From Mesotaenium endlicherianum (lineage: Eukaryota): a stretch of DNA of 63,617 nucleotides. Both the position numbers and the translations under genes were made by a program. The notes under the pieces are model-generated. The model saw only the letters and a list, made by a program, of their open reading frames with translations, had not been told where the DNA came from and did not search any database. Below, in pieces: positions 50,734 to 63,617 of the stretch. The DNA lies in the NCBI GenBank assembly GCA_009602735.1, contig WELA01002336.1, positions 11,586 through 75,202 on the forward strand, in the 5' to 3' direction. Position 1 is the stretch's first letter; each line of letters opens with the position of its first letter.

Positions 50734-51674
50734 CTATCTCCTCTGCTGCCTCTGGTAGTGAGTGGGGCAGATCCCGCAGAGCTCTTCAAAGGGCGCCTCG
50801 GGCAGGGAGATGGTGTCCTCGGGCACGCTCGGGCAGAAAAAAACTTTGGGGGAGGCCTGAAGCGCCGTGACGCTGTTCAAGGCGGACTCACTCTGGGCCA
50901 CGTTGTACGTCCAGAAGTTGGCGCAGAAGCCGATGGTGAACCTGTCAGTGTCGATCGCGACAGCTGGCGCAATGGGAGCCTGCAAGCAAGAGGAGCACTC
51001 ACGTTAGGACAAGCGAAAGCGGATTGGAACACCAGCTCACGCAACGCGGATGGATGGAGGAGGCAGATAAAGCGTGGGGCAGGCAGAGGAGAGCGAGCGC
51101 TGGATCGACGACCTGACTAGTGCATGGCTCCAGCAGCTAGAGAGCAGAAGAGGCAGGCAGGGCCACCACGCTCTCTCACCTGGTTGCCCAGGAAGTTGCT
51201 GGTGATGACGAACGCGGGCGACGCGATCGTCAGCGCTCCCCCGCTGACGGTGGCCGCGTTGTTGGCGAACGTGTTGTTGCGCAGAAACGCCTGCTGGGCC
51301 CACGCCGCCTTGAGGAAGAAGGCGCCTCCCTGGGGGGCCGTGTTGGCTGCGAACGTGCACCCCGTGACCTCCGCGCGCGTTTCCGAATAGATGGCTCCTC
51401 CGCTTGCAGCAGCTCTGCAGGAAAGAAAGAGAGAGCAACGATAGGCCCACTGGTCAGCCAGCCTAAAAGCGGAACAGCCTTCAGCGCAGCAAGTTGGAGG
51501 GAGCACAAGCTGCGGATGCAGATGGTACTCGAGTTAAGAGCTGCAAATGCCAAGCCTGCACTGGAAATATACAGACACATGCGCGCGCTCGCGCACACAC
51601 ACATACACTCGCCACGTGAATGGATGCGCATGATACACACGTGCAGGCACGCACGCGCATGCACGCGCACTCAC

Positions 51675-51708
<34 letters not shown>

Positions 51709-52762
51709 CACACACCTGTTGTTGTGGAAGTGGCAGCCGACGAGCACGAGCCTCTTGGCGGCCGCGGTCAGGTGCACAGCGCCGCCCAGCTCAGCGTCGA
51801 CGTTGTCGCGGAATGACACGGTGTCAGCTGTCAGCGAGCACGCGCCGCTCACGGCCCCGCCCACGGCGCCCGTAAGCTCAACGTTGCTCAGCGTCAGGTA
51901 ACACGCCCGTCCCGTGGTGTCGAAGCTGCGCAGAAAGAGAGAAGGAGAGAGAGAAAAGACGTAGAGGGTCAGAGACCTGGCTTGAACAGACACGCAGCAG
52001 GACAGGTGGTGGAAAATGGGGACGAAGAAAGGTGCGGAAGGACACGGGCAGACTTATCTAGCAGGATGAGGAAGGATGTGGTCAGCAGAGCTGTGTGACC
52101 TGGAGCAAGTAAGAAGAACCTTCCCTCTTCCTCTTCCTCACCTTTCTCACGAAAGTGAAGTATTGCTAGGAACTTAAAAGGCAGCGGATACTTTCAAGCA
52201 TTCTTGGTTGTGTACCAAAGCGCCTTCAGAGCAAAGCCATCGCAACCAGTGGCAGCATAAAGGCAAAGGCTCAGCCAGCTAGTGCACATCTCTCCTGCGT
52301 AGGCTCATGTGACCTCTTCACATTCTCATGTACGTGCAGTGTAGGTCTACTGCAATGACGACTGCAGACAGTGACCGTGACACGAAGGTTATTGTTAATT
52401 GTCCTACTCTGTCCCCAGCGACACGAATCAATTATGGGCAGACAAGCATGTGAGTTCTACCTGTCTCCTGTGGTGAAGATGGGGAATTGCCCGTTCCCGC
52501 TGATTACACATTGTCTGCCTGCGCACGCTCCCCTGATGCTAAGCTTCCCGCCATTAGGCATAGCCGGGAGGGGTCTAGTGAGAATGATGTCTTCGTGCAA
52601 GATCAGTGTCAATGATCTTCCTGGCTGGGAAGAATATCTGATGAACTTCTCAAGGACATCCTGGGGTGAGTTCCCCCCAAGTCCATCGGCAGGCTGGAGG
52701 ACAAAGAGTGCAACAAGGGCAGCAAATAATCCCGCTCTCCTTCGACTGAGGAAAGAAGCCAT
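50734..52762 (-). CDS. Secreted parallel beta-helix protein with polymorphic-membrane-protein-like GGA[ILV]/FxxN repeats (~330 aa)
   Basis: Exons 52762-52461, 51925-51716, 51414-51180, 50979-50734 (993 nt, in frame, GT-AG). Signal peptide MASFLSRRRAGLFAALVALFVLQPADG. Repeats GGAV..FRDN, GGAVH..FHNN, GGAIY..FAAN, GGAFF..FANN, GGAL..FLGN. Confidence 0.8.
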
Positions 52763-53616
52763 GGTACAGGTGCAAAATTTGTATTTAGACACGGTCACAC
52801 TCTTTAATGGAGTCGTGCAAGCTAGTGTTGGTATCGCCTACGAAATTTATTCACTCGTCCACTTTAAATCTGCCTGTCTCACAAGGTGTAAGAAAACGAG
52901 AAGCGAGAAGTAATGTGCAATGGGCTGTCTGTATGCTATAAGGACGCCTTCGAAGTCAACTTCGAGGCAGTGGAAGAGTGAGCAGAAGGTTGTGAAGCAA
53001 ATGATTGCAGGTCCACTGTGCACGCCTCTACAATGATTCGCAAAATGGCATCGAAGACATGTACGAAGTTACGAACACAATGCAAATGATCTCCGGATGT
53101 CTTCGAAGAAACGTTTCACCTCGACGATGATTGCTTTGTGTTCTTGCGACATCCTGCTTGCGTACATGTTGTTCGCGTATCCCACGTCTTTGGGGTCAGG
53201 GACCACCTGTACCGCACGTTGATTCAGCTACTTTTGTAGCGTTGCAGAGCTTTGAGGATCACTTTTCAAAATGGGCGGAGAAGACAAAGGCTTGCAGACT
53301 TGCAGTAAGGGCGCAGACAGCCGCTGTGGTGCGCTGTGGTTATGGTACACCGGCAAAGCCGACACTAGATTGAAAGTTTAGTATACAATGTACATGAAGG
53401 GAAGGACACGTATTAACAGATTGTTTTGTAGCTTCTACATCTCGTCCAACAAGCGTCAGTGGCTCATCGATGATCATAGATTCGTCACACTCGAGACCAC
53501 TCGGACCACTCAACATCATATTTGGCAATCGCAGTTCAAGACTTTCGTCGTTAGTGGAGTTTGTCCAGTGCGGCTCACGTTGTCGGAAATTCCAGCAAAA
53601 TTGGAGTGGTCCAAAG

Positions 53617-53913
53617 CAGGCCCCTGGATTCGACAAAATTCGCGGATTTCGGAAAATTTCGGAAACATCCTCTGGCCTGCTCTGGGCGACGGTCAGGGTG
53701 TCGAGAACACCCGACAAAATTAGGTAGGATTTTTGTAATGGCGTAATAACATCCTACGACATATTTTACAGCGAAAATTGAGAATGTTGGGATTTTACGC
53801 GACATCCACTCAAAATCGTAAGGATTTAGAAAGACATCCTTTTGTTTTTAGTCGGGTTTTATAACATCCAATATAGCAAATAACACCCAAAAAGTTATGA
53901 ATCCAGGGGTCTG
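53617..53913. mobile_element. hAT-type MITE, 297 bp, with intact ends
   Basis: TIRs CAGGCCCCTGGATTC / GAATCCAGGGGTCTG (14 of 15 match). Perfect 8-bp TSD GTCCAAAG at 53609-53616 and 53914-53921. Confidence 0.88.
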
Positions 53914-54258
53914 GTCCAAAGGTCCAGATGCAACTTTGAATGACAACAGATACGTGCTAGAAGTGACCCGGCTGATCCTGGCTGGTCCTGGCCAGATCAG
54001 GATCGGCCATACATCCTCCTATGATCTATCATCTATGATGATCGTAAAATGACTGTAACGCCCGATTCTGCTGAGACCAAAAGTGATCAGGTGGCCTCTA
54101 TTGCCTCCGTGACTGCAGAACAGAGGTGTTTTTTTCACGTAATGGCGTGTGCAGGAGCACACACCGAGGCCAACGTGGCTCCTATGTGTTCCATATTGCT
54201 CCATAATTGTCCCTAATGGTCTGTACCTATCCGTAACATTCCGCAGCTATCTGCAAAT

Positions 54259-54534
54259 CAAGCCCCAGGATTCGAGATAAATTTTATGTTATTTTTCTTT
54301 TTTGGATGTTTTAAAATCATGAAGAATCTCAGATTATGTCAAAAGGAATCCTGGTCATTGGGAGCGGATGTCGCGTATTTTCCTCTAAAAATTGTCTTGG
54401 GATGTCATTACGCCATTAAAACAATCCTACCAAAGTTTGTCGGATGTTCTCGAAACTCTGACCGTCGCCCAGAGCAGGCCAAAGGATGTTTCCAATTTTT
54501 TCCGAAATCCGCGACTTTGTCGAATCCTGGCCCT
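54259..54534. mobile_element. Second, more degenerate copy of the same MITE family, in inverted orientation
   Basis: The reverse complement of ~54375-54530 aligns with 53625-53780 (GGATTTCGGAAAA..GGAAACATCCT.TGGCCTGCTCTGGGCGACGGTCAG). Degenerate TIRs CAAGCCCCAGGATTC / GAATCCTGGCCCTC. No recognisable TSD. Confidence 0.8.
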
Positions 54535-56683
54535 CAGCCTTCAAAGTTTGAAGTTCAAAGTCCAGAGTCCAGACTCCAGAGCAGTCCAGACTCCAGAGTC
54601 CACACACCGCTAGGATTCCACCGGCCTCCACCACGCGCCGCCAAAAGCTTTGTTTAAGGTTCTCCTGAATCTGCTCATGTGGCAAGGAAAAGGAAGCCTG
54701 GCCTAACCTGAATGTAAGTGTAACCTGGGTCAGCCAATGTCAGGCATGGCAACAGTGATTCATCATTTCAAGCTGTGGGCTGCTCGAGCGATGGTAGACG
54801 TGAATTCCGGCATGAGACTCAAGAGCCTGGAGGCTAGAACCAGCTGGCCTGGAATTAACTGGAACCGGCTTTTGACGACGTTAATAATTTCCCGTCAGCT
54901 GACGCCACCTTGATACCCTATCTCAACCTGTTGTCCTTCGACACTTCATCCCGATTCTTGACGGTCAACGTCAGATGTAAACTGAGCACGAGTCACGAGT
55001 CACGACATACGAGTTACGACTCAGATGGTGGGACTCGGGAGCCGGGAGGGTCCGCGTCAGGCAAGGTCAGGGCGTGATCTCTGGACCTCTCTCGCCTGAT
55101 CGAAAGAAGAATTTCAAGAGGGATTTCATTGGAACGATGCAAATGCCAAGAAGGAAAATCTGGGCAATTGAGTTTCGAAAGAAGCTGCACCCTCCGAAGT
55201 TCATGAAGAGTGCTCAGTGAAGATGGCTGGTTGACCAGAAGTTTTCAGCATAAGCATAGGCAACATATATCAGAGGCCACACTCAAATCTATCTACATCA
55301 ATCATGGTCGAGCAAGGTGAACGCAGTTCCCTCATTTAAAACAACATCTTCCGCACATAAAATGACTTTTCCATTGACACCTACAACATATATGTTGCGA
55401 GCTGCACTTTTTAAAGTTCATGCAGAGTGGAGATGGCTGGTTAAGCAGAGTTTTAAAAGTGCAACACCAAATGCATATATAAAATCTGACCAAGGTGTAC
55501 GCAGTTTTCGTAAAATTCAGCTTTGTTTTTCACATAGACTTTTCCTTGTCAACACCAATAGAATATCTGTATTTATCTTTTCAGTTCGCGCAAATCAATT
55601 TTGTATCTGGTCTCCGCCCTCGCTGTTTCTAGCTTGTATGCTAGCTATGTCTGAATGAATATAATGGCACGAATGTCACATTGTAGTTTTAGCAGGCGCA
55701 TCATGCTCGTGCACCTTAACTAACCTAGCTCTTCATGATTTGGGCTCACTTGACAATGTCGGCATATTGCAAAGACCTCTTCAAGTCCAGACCTAGAAAA
55801 AAGTTTTGTATTCGTAGTCACCAATAACAATTTGACTTGAAAACATTATTTCGAAATGAAGAGTTAAGAAACCTATTTGCATAACTGCACAAGATACTAT
55901 TTCCTACATGTACTAGAAAAAGCACATCTTGATTTTGACCGCTCTTTAGCAAATCTCCCAGTCTACTACTTTTAGCATGCTATTCATGCACATACCATCA
56001 ACAAGATTGAATAGGCTCCACCAAGACATCATCGACCACCAAGCACGCGACAGTTGCCGTCTTAACTACAACAAGCCTTGAAGAACTTGACAGGACACGT
56101 CACCATTGCTTAGCACATGAAAGGGAGAAATACTAGGCGTACATATTGATGCACGGGAACGAAAACTTTTTGTCAACCAAGCTCAACAAACTCTTGTGGC
56201 AGAAATCTGCGAGAAGTCTTCAGAGTCCAACTTGACCTGCCATACACAAAGTGAAGGAATCGGGCGAGAAAGGATTGCATGAGTGAAAAAGACAAACAAG
56301 GCAACTGAAAATCAAGCGACAGAAAGAGAAAGGGGGGAGGGGGNAAATAGGGATGATGCCCAAGTGAGCTTGCTTTGCCCACGCCAGCAAGCTTGTTGGC
56401 TCCGCAAACATGCAGCCAAAGAGGCACAAGGACAACAGCCGAGGGCTCAAGAAGATTGAGAAACGAAAGAGCAGGGTGGTTCCTTACAGGAGCCATACCG
56501 GCCACACGGAAGAAGTCAAAAAAGTCTCAGCCTGGACCTTACTAGCCTCCGGGGCCTTCCAATCGGCCGCGATCCCCACACCTCAGCCAAGCCACTGCCA
56601 GGCTCAGCTCGGCCCTGGCTTTGCTCGGATCACGTCAGCAGCATCGCATAAGCCGAAGGATGTGCTACTCGACATGTTTTGTT

Positions 56684-59600
56684 CTAGTGCTGTAGCGCTG
56701 GGTTAAGTTGCTTCAGAGCGAGTGCAACCCTAGCGACCAACTTGAGAGGAAGCAGTGGCATCAACAAACACCCTGCCAGTTGCCCCCCTCCTACCTCCCC
56801 TACTGCATGTGAGTGTGGTGAGGTGCGGCAGAGATTGAGTGGTCCCAAACACGGATGTGGCACTTGCTCCCGACGGTGCAGGCAAGCACAGCAGGTAGAA
56901 GTTCTAACTCTGTTTGTACACCAACCGATTTGCGCGCACGCACACACACACGCACGCACACAAAAAGAGAGAGGAAGACAAAGAGAGAGAGGCACTCCGT
57001 GATTTTCACACAGAGAAGCATACATGTGCTCTGCCGAGCCCCAGACAGCGGGAACAGACTGAAGGGCTACCTGCGCCAAGTGGGAATCCAGAGCAGCCGC
57101 AAGAGCCGACTGCAGGGCCTGGAGCCGCTCGGGTGGGGCGCTGAGGTGCTGCTGCCAGGTGGCACTGCCAGCTGTTGCGGCCGTCGCGTGCGCCAGCCGG
57201 GCCTGCAGGCGGTCCAGCAGCGTGTAGGGCGTCCACGCGCCCGCCAGCCTCTTGTGCTTCTGCAGCTCTGAGGATCTCTGCTTGCGGAGACAGACAAGGA
57301 AGCACAAGGAAGTGACGGGGGTGTGAGAGAAGAGGGGGGGGGAGAAAGCGAGGGGCAGCCGTCAGCTCAAGAGACGTGAGGGAGTGAGGGAGTGAGGGAG
57401 TGAGGGAGTGAGGGAAGAGTGGAAGAAGGCTTATCCATGGCCATCAGGGTGAAGTGCAAAGCTGTCCGGGAATCGATGGCATTGTACAGCCCCACACTCT
57501 CAGCCCCTCAGATTCTGACAGAAGCACAGCACTGCAACACATACAACGCCGACTTGGTGCCTACAGATGGGGTACTGCTAGCACCCCCTTCTATATGACT
57601 ACAGGTCATACACCTATGCTTGATGGGCCGACAAGGGCGAAAGTCCCAAGAGTGGGTGGACCTAGAGGGCGGTACCTGGTCGGCCCAGTCCCGTAGCAGG
57701 TCAACTGCTACTGAGGCAGCCTCAGGCAGCAGGTCAAAGTCCAGGAGTAGGCCTAGCAGAGCGGCAGGGTCAGGCGGCACGGCCGCTGCTCCGCCCTTGC
57801 CACCTGGCAGTCCCTCCTGCACACCTCAGTTTACGCCTCGCACAGGCAGACATCAGGATCCAGCCTGTCGTTAATCGTCTGACCCCCCTCTGCTCGACTC
57901 CACGTCTTCAGCCAAAGGGGAGCGCGTGCAGCTAGTTGCACAGCACCTATCTCTGGGATGTATAGAGGGGGGGGGGGGATTCTTTCACTTGCGGGCAGGG
58001 GAGGGAGTGAGAGGAGGGGAGGAGGGATGTCGACTACGGGGAGCATTTGTTTAATGCCTCTGAGTGATGCTTTGTCTCTCCTAAGGGACAAAAGCAAGCC
58101 GGGGGGAGGGCGGGGCTTTAATTATGGGGATGATAACACGAGCAGACGAAACAAGCAAACAAGCGGTTAAAAGAGACGGCAACTGGCAGCCGCTCAGAGG
58201 CGAGAGTGGTGCTGCGCACACGCACGCCCACAGGCCAGGTGTTGGCGGAGGGTGCCCTCGTGCAGCATGCCTACCTTGAAGAGGGCCAGCAGCCAATGGG
58301 GAAGCTGCAGACCGGGATCGACGGACAGGATGGTGCGTGTGACGATCTCGCGCAGCCGCCGATGCTGTGCCACATACTCCTCCTGCGACATCACACCCCA
58401 CCCCCCCGCAACAGACGTCCCCTCAGATTGTCAGAGTTCAGATTTAGTGACCCTTTCCCACCTCCTGCATGAGGGCTGTGAGGAGCAGCTTATGGTGGGG
58501 GTTGGCTTCCTAACAGCCAAATGTCCTGCACACTGTTTGTCTCTTCACCAGCGCACATGTGGACCAATTTGTACCGCTAATACGTGCGCACGCGCGCACA
58601 TACACACACACACACACATGCACACGCGCGCACATGCACATGCAGAGGGTGAGATGCCCCCACACGCACAATGCCCACAGATTCGGTAAAGAATATGTCG
58701 AAGGTGCGCGTATATGTCTGTGCTTTTGCACGTGCCCATTATTCAGCTTAAGATGATAACTCACTTGACAGACGAAAGTAGTGTGCTCCTCTCTGCGGCA
58801 GACCAGAACGTCTCAATCACAAGAAGCCAGAAAACAGACTTAAGGACTAGATGCATATCACATGCAAAAAATCTCCCCTTTAGAAGTCTTCCCCGGAGAG
58901 CTTACCAGATGGAGGCGGAGTTGCTGCCACGTGGCGGCAGCAGATGCCGCAACGTGCTCGCCAGCACCCATGGAGTCCCTTCCGCTCTCCGGAAGGTCCT
59001 CCAGTTGGGTGCTGCCATGTGGCATGGGCCGGGCTCTGTCGCCACCACTGGTGCTGACAAGAGCTCCGCTGCGAGCGCTTGCCAGCTCCCTCAGCATGAG
59101 ATTGTGCTCTGTGAGCCTGCCAGGTGTCGCGCCCCTGGCATCCCTAGGGTCCTGGCGCTTGGTGCCCGGCCCCTTCTGGCTGGAGCCGCTGCAGGCAAGA
59201 AGGACAAGACACGGCAGGAGAAGAGATTCAGAGATACAAGGAGCGCGGGCCGGCGGGCAGCGGGTGCGTCGGGGAAAGGGGAGAGTCAGAGACAAAGTCG
59301 ACGGCACTCAAGGCCGTAGATCACGGAGGAGAAAAAACGAAAGCGAGTCGACGGCCATGGGAAGATTAGAATGGCAGGCCGCGAGCCCGACGGCACCCGG
59401 AAGGCAAGGGTGGAAGGAGAGCAGATGCAGATGCTGAAGCTGAGCCCACAGATAAGAGCACTTAATGCGAGGTGCTGGCACGTGCCTCCGCTTCACTCCT
59501 GTTTAGACGCATCAATGGAGCAGCACCACTCACTAACACCATCACCACCACCACCACCATCATCAATCACCATCGTCGTCATCATTGTCATCGTCGTCCT

Positions 59601-61756
59601 TGTTGTCATTGACAACAGCGGCAACAGACGACGATAAAGGGAGAAGACACCACCACCGACGCCAACATTACAAGCAAAGAAAAGACAACGACAACAACGC
59701 GCACAACCACGACAACAACGAGAGCCGCAGCAGAGAGCGCTCCTGGCAACAATGACGCGCGCCAGAGAGACAGGTGGCATCACACAAGGCAGCTTCTCAT
59801 CCACCTGAAGATGGGCGGCAGGTGGAGGAGGTCCGGGCGGTGCAGCTGCAGGGCGCAGCAGTGGCGGGCCATGGCCTCAAAAATCCTCTCCAGCTCTCTG
59901 CCCACATGCAGCGGGAGAGAGAGAGTCCCAGGATGTGGATTCAGTTATTGCAAGTAAATAAGTTGGTTCTTGATCTGGCCACCTTAGGGCACATCACCTT
60001 CATTTGTCTTTACATTCCATTGCAAGCCATCTAAGATATTGCCGTGTAACCTTATAATGGATGAGCTACTACTTGGACACACACACACACACACAAGCAC
60101 TTGTGCGCAGCACGCAGGCCACGCGGAAGGAGGAGGGAGAAAAAACACGTGAGAAGGTTGAGAGGGGACATGCAAAAAGCACAGGGCGGGGAGAATATGC
60201 AAGTTTCGCCGCTCTTGTAGTGGCCCATGGCGAAGAAAATATTTGCACCCATGCGTAGGCATGCGAGCGCTCACGCATACGCACAGCCAAAGAATGGAGA
60301 GACGATACATCCAGGGACAGCTGTTCTGGTCTGTTCGATCATCACAATGACTTAAGACACCTCCCCCCCTTCCTCCCTCCCTCCTTCGCTTCCTCCCAGC
60401 CGCCGCCAATGTGATAGAATGTAACCCACCATCAACTACCCTTCCTGCCAGTCACTTGGTCAGCCGGTCAGTCAGCCAGTAAGATTGCCAGCCAGTCTGA
60501 CAGTCAGCCAGGCAATCCGTCAGTCTGACAGTCAGCCAGTCCACCAGGCAGTCAGGCAGATGGCCAGGCAGCCAGCCCAGCAGCCTCTCACGGGGCCACT
60601 GTTTTATATCAGAAGGGCAGGAAACTTGTGTGGCAAGACTCAGCAGACTCCTCCTTTGCCTTTAGCTGCTGCTGCTGCTGCTGCTGCTGCACTCACTTAT
60701 GGAGAGCAGAGCCGTGGAAGAAGAGGGCGGCCATGGACAACGCGGGCGAAAAGAGGCCCGCCTCGCTCAGCAGCCGCACCATCTGCGTGGCACTCACATG
60801 CTCCCCTGCGCACCCCCCCCAACAGAGAGAAGCCGAAAGATGACAAGAAGCACCACCGCCGCCGCCCCCGGAGGAAGGTGGTCGCAGTTGAAGCAGATAG
60901 AGGGGGGGCAGAGGCGCGTTGGGGGGGAGTGGTGAGGGGGGCCGGACGAGGAGCGACGGGGTTGGGGCAGAAGAGGGTGTACTTTGCTGATCCTCGTCAG
61001 ACTTTGTCAAGAATTGCTATCCCTTGTTCTCGGCTGCAGCTGTTGCAATCTCAATCCCTATGCAGCACGAGAGCTTCTAGAGCATTCAGCAGTCATCCAC
61101 GTGCTTGTCCAAGGCATACCCGGGAGAGGCTGCGACGAATCGTAGCGCGCCAGCTGTAAGCGCGCAGACGCCAGCGCGTAGAAACGCTGCAGGTCCGGCA
61201 GCCCCACCTGCGCCGCCGCGGGCTTCCCCTCTGACGCGCCGTCCGCGAGCGCGACACCTATTGTTTAGCAAGAGGTCACGGCAGTGCCAAAACAGCGCCA
61301 AGATTTAGGTCATTCAGTCTCTTTCTTAGCATGCAATATCACCAGTTTCAGTGAGTGGATGACTAAGTGAGTGCGAGAGTGAGTTAGTCGGTTGGTCAGA
61401 CTGCAAATAGTCAAGTGGGTGAGTAAGCGTGTGTTGCCGGGTGATGTCCGTTAGTCAGTGGATCAGTCAGTCAGTCACTCCATCAGCCGATTGTCAGTCA
61501 CTCGGTTGGCGGTCTCTTACGGCGCCAGGAGTCAGAGAGGGAGGAGAGAAAGGGCTTTACGCTAAGAATGATGCGGAAATGAGAAAATGCCAAAGAGCTG
61601 GGCTCCGGAGAATAAGCTCTCCATATACTCAGACAGCTGCCTCGGCCGATGTTTCGGCACATATATGAATGGAGATGCATGCAGACTTGCATACGTGCAT
61701 TAATGTGCATAGTGTATGCATGCTTCATACATGCTTGTGTGTGCGTGAATGTGTGT

Positions 61757-61810
<54 letters not shown>

Positions 61811-63158
61811 TATGTGTGTGTTTTGTTTGTGTGGGCTATAGTAGTCTTGGCAGGCTCACCATGCGCACATGGATGGGCAGGGGCAGGCAGGCAGACGCAG
61901 TGGATGAAAATGTTTACGACTCCTGATAACTGCTAGTCACCCCATGTCCAGGGAGAACGAAGAAAGGCGCGGGACACAAGTAGCATGCATTCTCTCCTTG
62001 GGGCACCCTGTGACTTGGCAGCAGCGGAAGGGCAGCAGCCGAGAGGGATATGAGAGCCGGAAGTATTACCGGCACTCAGCAAGGGAGCGTCGCCAACGAG
62101 GCCTGTCAGGCGCAGGCGTTTTGTCGGGGAGGGTTGGTGTGGTCCTGCCGCGCCGGGCGCAGGCTGCGCTGGCAGCGAGGGAGTCAGCCACGCGCTGCCA
62201 GCCGGCAGGAGCTCGAGGGCGTTGATGGCGACTGCCAGCGACTCCACCTGCTCCTGCAGCGCGTCGACACCTGCACTCTCTGCGGCCAGCCGCGAAGCGT
62301 GCCGGTACATCACCTGGGCGGCTTTCCTCCACTTGTGGCGCGACACGTGGAAGGCGTACAGCAGAGCGTACGGGCTGGGGCTCGCGCTCGCGTCTGAGCA
62401 CTCGGCCTGCAACCAGGCGACAGGTGGCGGTCAGAGGCTATCGTACCGACATTTTCACAGAAGGGGGTGTGTGGTATACAAACATGACAATACCCTCAGG
62501 CCGCCACAGTCCCATGCCCCGTGGTGTGCCTTCCTAGTTACTACCTCACCAACCTCAAGTACTACCTCAATCATTTCCTTCCTGACTCCTGACACCATAT
62601 GCAATGGAGATGCAACCCAGCAACCAGCAGCACATCATGTACGAGCCGATGCCCAAGTCCACACCAATTTGCGCGTAAACTGAAACCGGTCAAACACTTG
62701 CATCCCACCACCGTTGGTTTCCCCCGAGCCGCCTTGCCCCAAACCCGCAATTCCTGAACCAAGGGCCAGGAAAGTGCGCTGTTCGATACAGAAGCGCGCG
62801 CACGTGCCGAAGCTTCCTCCTCTCGGTGCACTTAGACACGCGCTGGGACCAGATGCTTCAGCGCCAGCTGCCTTCACCAGCTGGGCGTGCACGGTCCTCC
62901 GTCTCCCACACACTCACTCCCGCACTCTGATCTGCTGGAAAGAGCTTCTTCAAGACCACTGGAAGAAAGACATCTGAGTTTGAAAGTTTGCTAAAATGCG
63001 GAGAGGGATGGCAAGAGAGTTGCAAGAGGGAGGGAGGGAGGTGCAGGAAGGAGAAAGGGAGGGAAGGGGGATGGGAGTAGGGGGCACACCTTCCAGAGGA
63101 GCTCGGCCTCCACCTTGTCCAGCAGGCCCGCGTACGGCAGCTCCCGCCCGCACAGCAC
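56684..63158 (-). CDS. NUP160: Nuclear pore complex protein Nup160, 3' portion (gene continues beyond the right edge)
   Basis: Exons 63158-63090, 62406-62070, 61257-61120, 60805-60697, 59897-59805, 59188-58906, 58382-58275, 57816-57676, 57277-~57071; the final exon and stop (~56684) are uncertain. Motifs ELPYAGLLDKVEAELLWKAECSD, PYALLYAFHVSRHKWRKAAQVMY, GSALHKELERIFEAMARHCC, LPHWLLALFK, DPAALL, WTPYTLLDRL match the plant Nup160 C terminus. Confidence 0.88.
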
Positions 63159-63617
63159 CTGCACCCGTGGCACTCCCTCCCCAGCCCACACGTGAGCGCG
63201 CGCACGTGCACACACACACACACACACACATACACACATACACACACACACACATGCGCACATCAACCAGGTAGAGAACACGGATAGGAATACATCAGTG
63301 TGCACACTCATAGTCCGACAGCCTGCGAGCTGGGCTCAGCAAATGTGCTCCGATCCCCGTGCCAGCAGCTCTGAGCAAGAGCCGCAACCGAGCCATCGAA
63401 AGAAAATTCCTCCCTTTGCCCTCCAGCACAGAAAGAGGCGTGACTCTCTGCCCCTGCCATCCAGGGCTATTGCAGTGAAGATCCGTAAAAGTCTGCAAGT
63501 AATACAACAGCAATAAAGAACACAAGACTGTTTATCCTCCATCAGTCCAACCAACACAGAGCCTCTATTTTTGGAGGGCAAAAGCTGGGGGGCAGGTGCT
63601 GGGGGCGGGGACCGGGG

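Noticed and set aside
50734..52762. Bacterial contamination as the source of the Pmp-like gene
   Set aside because: It has three GT-AG introns with the same microsatellite style as its neighbours.

Overview
Eukaryotic nuclear DNA from a gene-dense region. The plant-type gene set, GT-AG introns full of (CT)n/(GT)n/poly-C tracts and very GC-rich internal exons suggest a streptophyte green alga or other early-diverging plant lineage (inference only). Positions 1 to ~8.8 kb are a repeat graveyard: an LTR retrotransposon end with a tRNA-Met primer-binding site, two hAT-type MITEs with 8-bp target-site duplications, a tRNA-like relic and decayed coding-like DNA. Nine spliced protein genes follow, reconstructed exon by exon by hand: an ATL-type RING-H2 E3 ligase (-), a GRAB-domain golgin GC3/GC4 (+), a HOL-type halide/thiol methyltransferase (+), serine decarboxylase SDC1 (-), a FAX/TMEM14 plastid fatty-acid exporter (+), plastid ribosomal protein S10 (-), PIMT (+), a secreted Pmp-like beta-helix repeat protein (-) and the 3' part of Nup160 (-). 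The most unusual signals are non-coding: (i) many unrelated motifs repeated at a ~10-bp offset in the promoter regions; (ii) introns with C-rich 5' ends and G/GT-rich, polypyrimidine-less 3' ends that can base-pair with each other; (iii) an inverted MITE pair upstream of the Pmp-like gene. All family calls come from motif recognition, not database searches. Four N gaps lie in introns.
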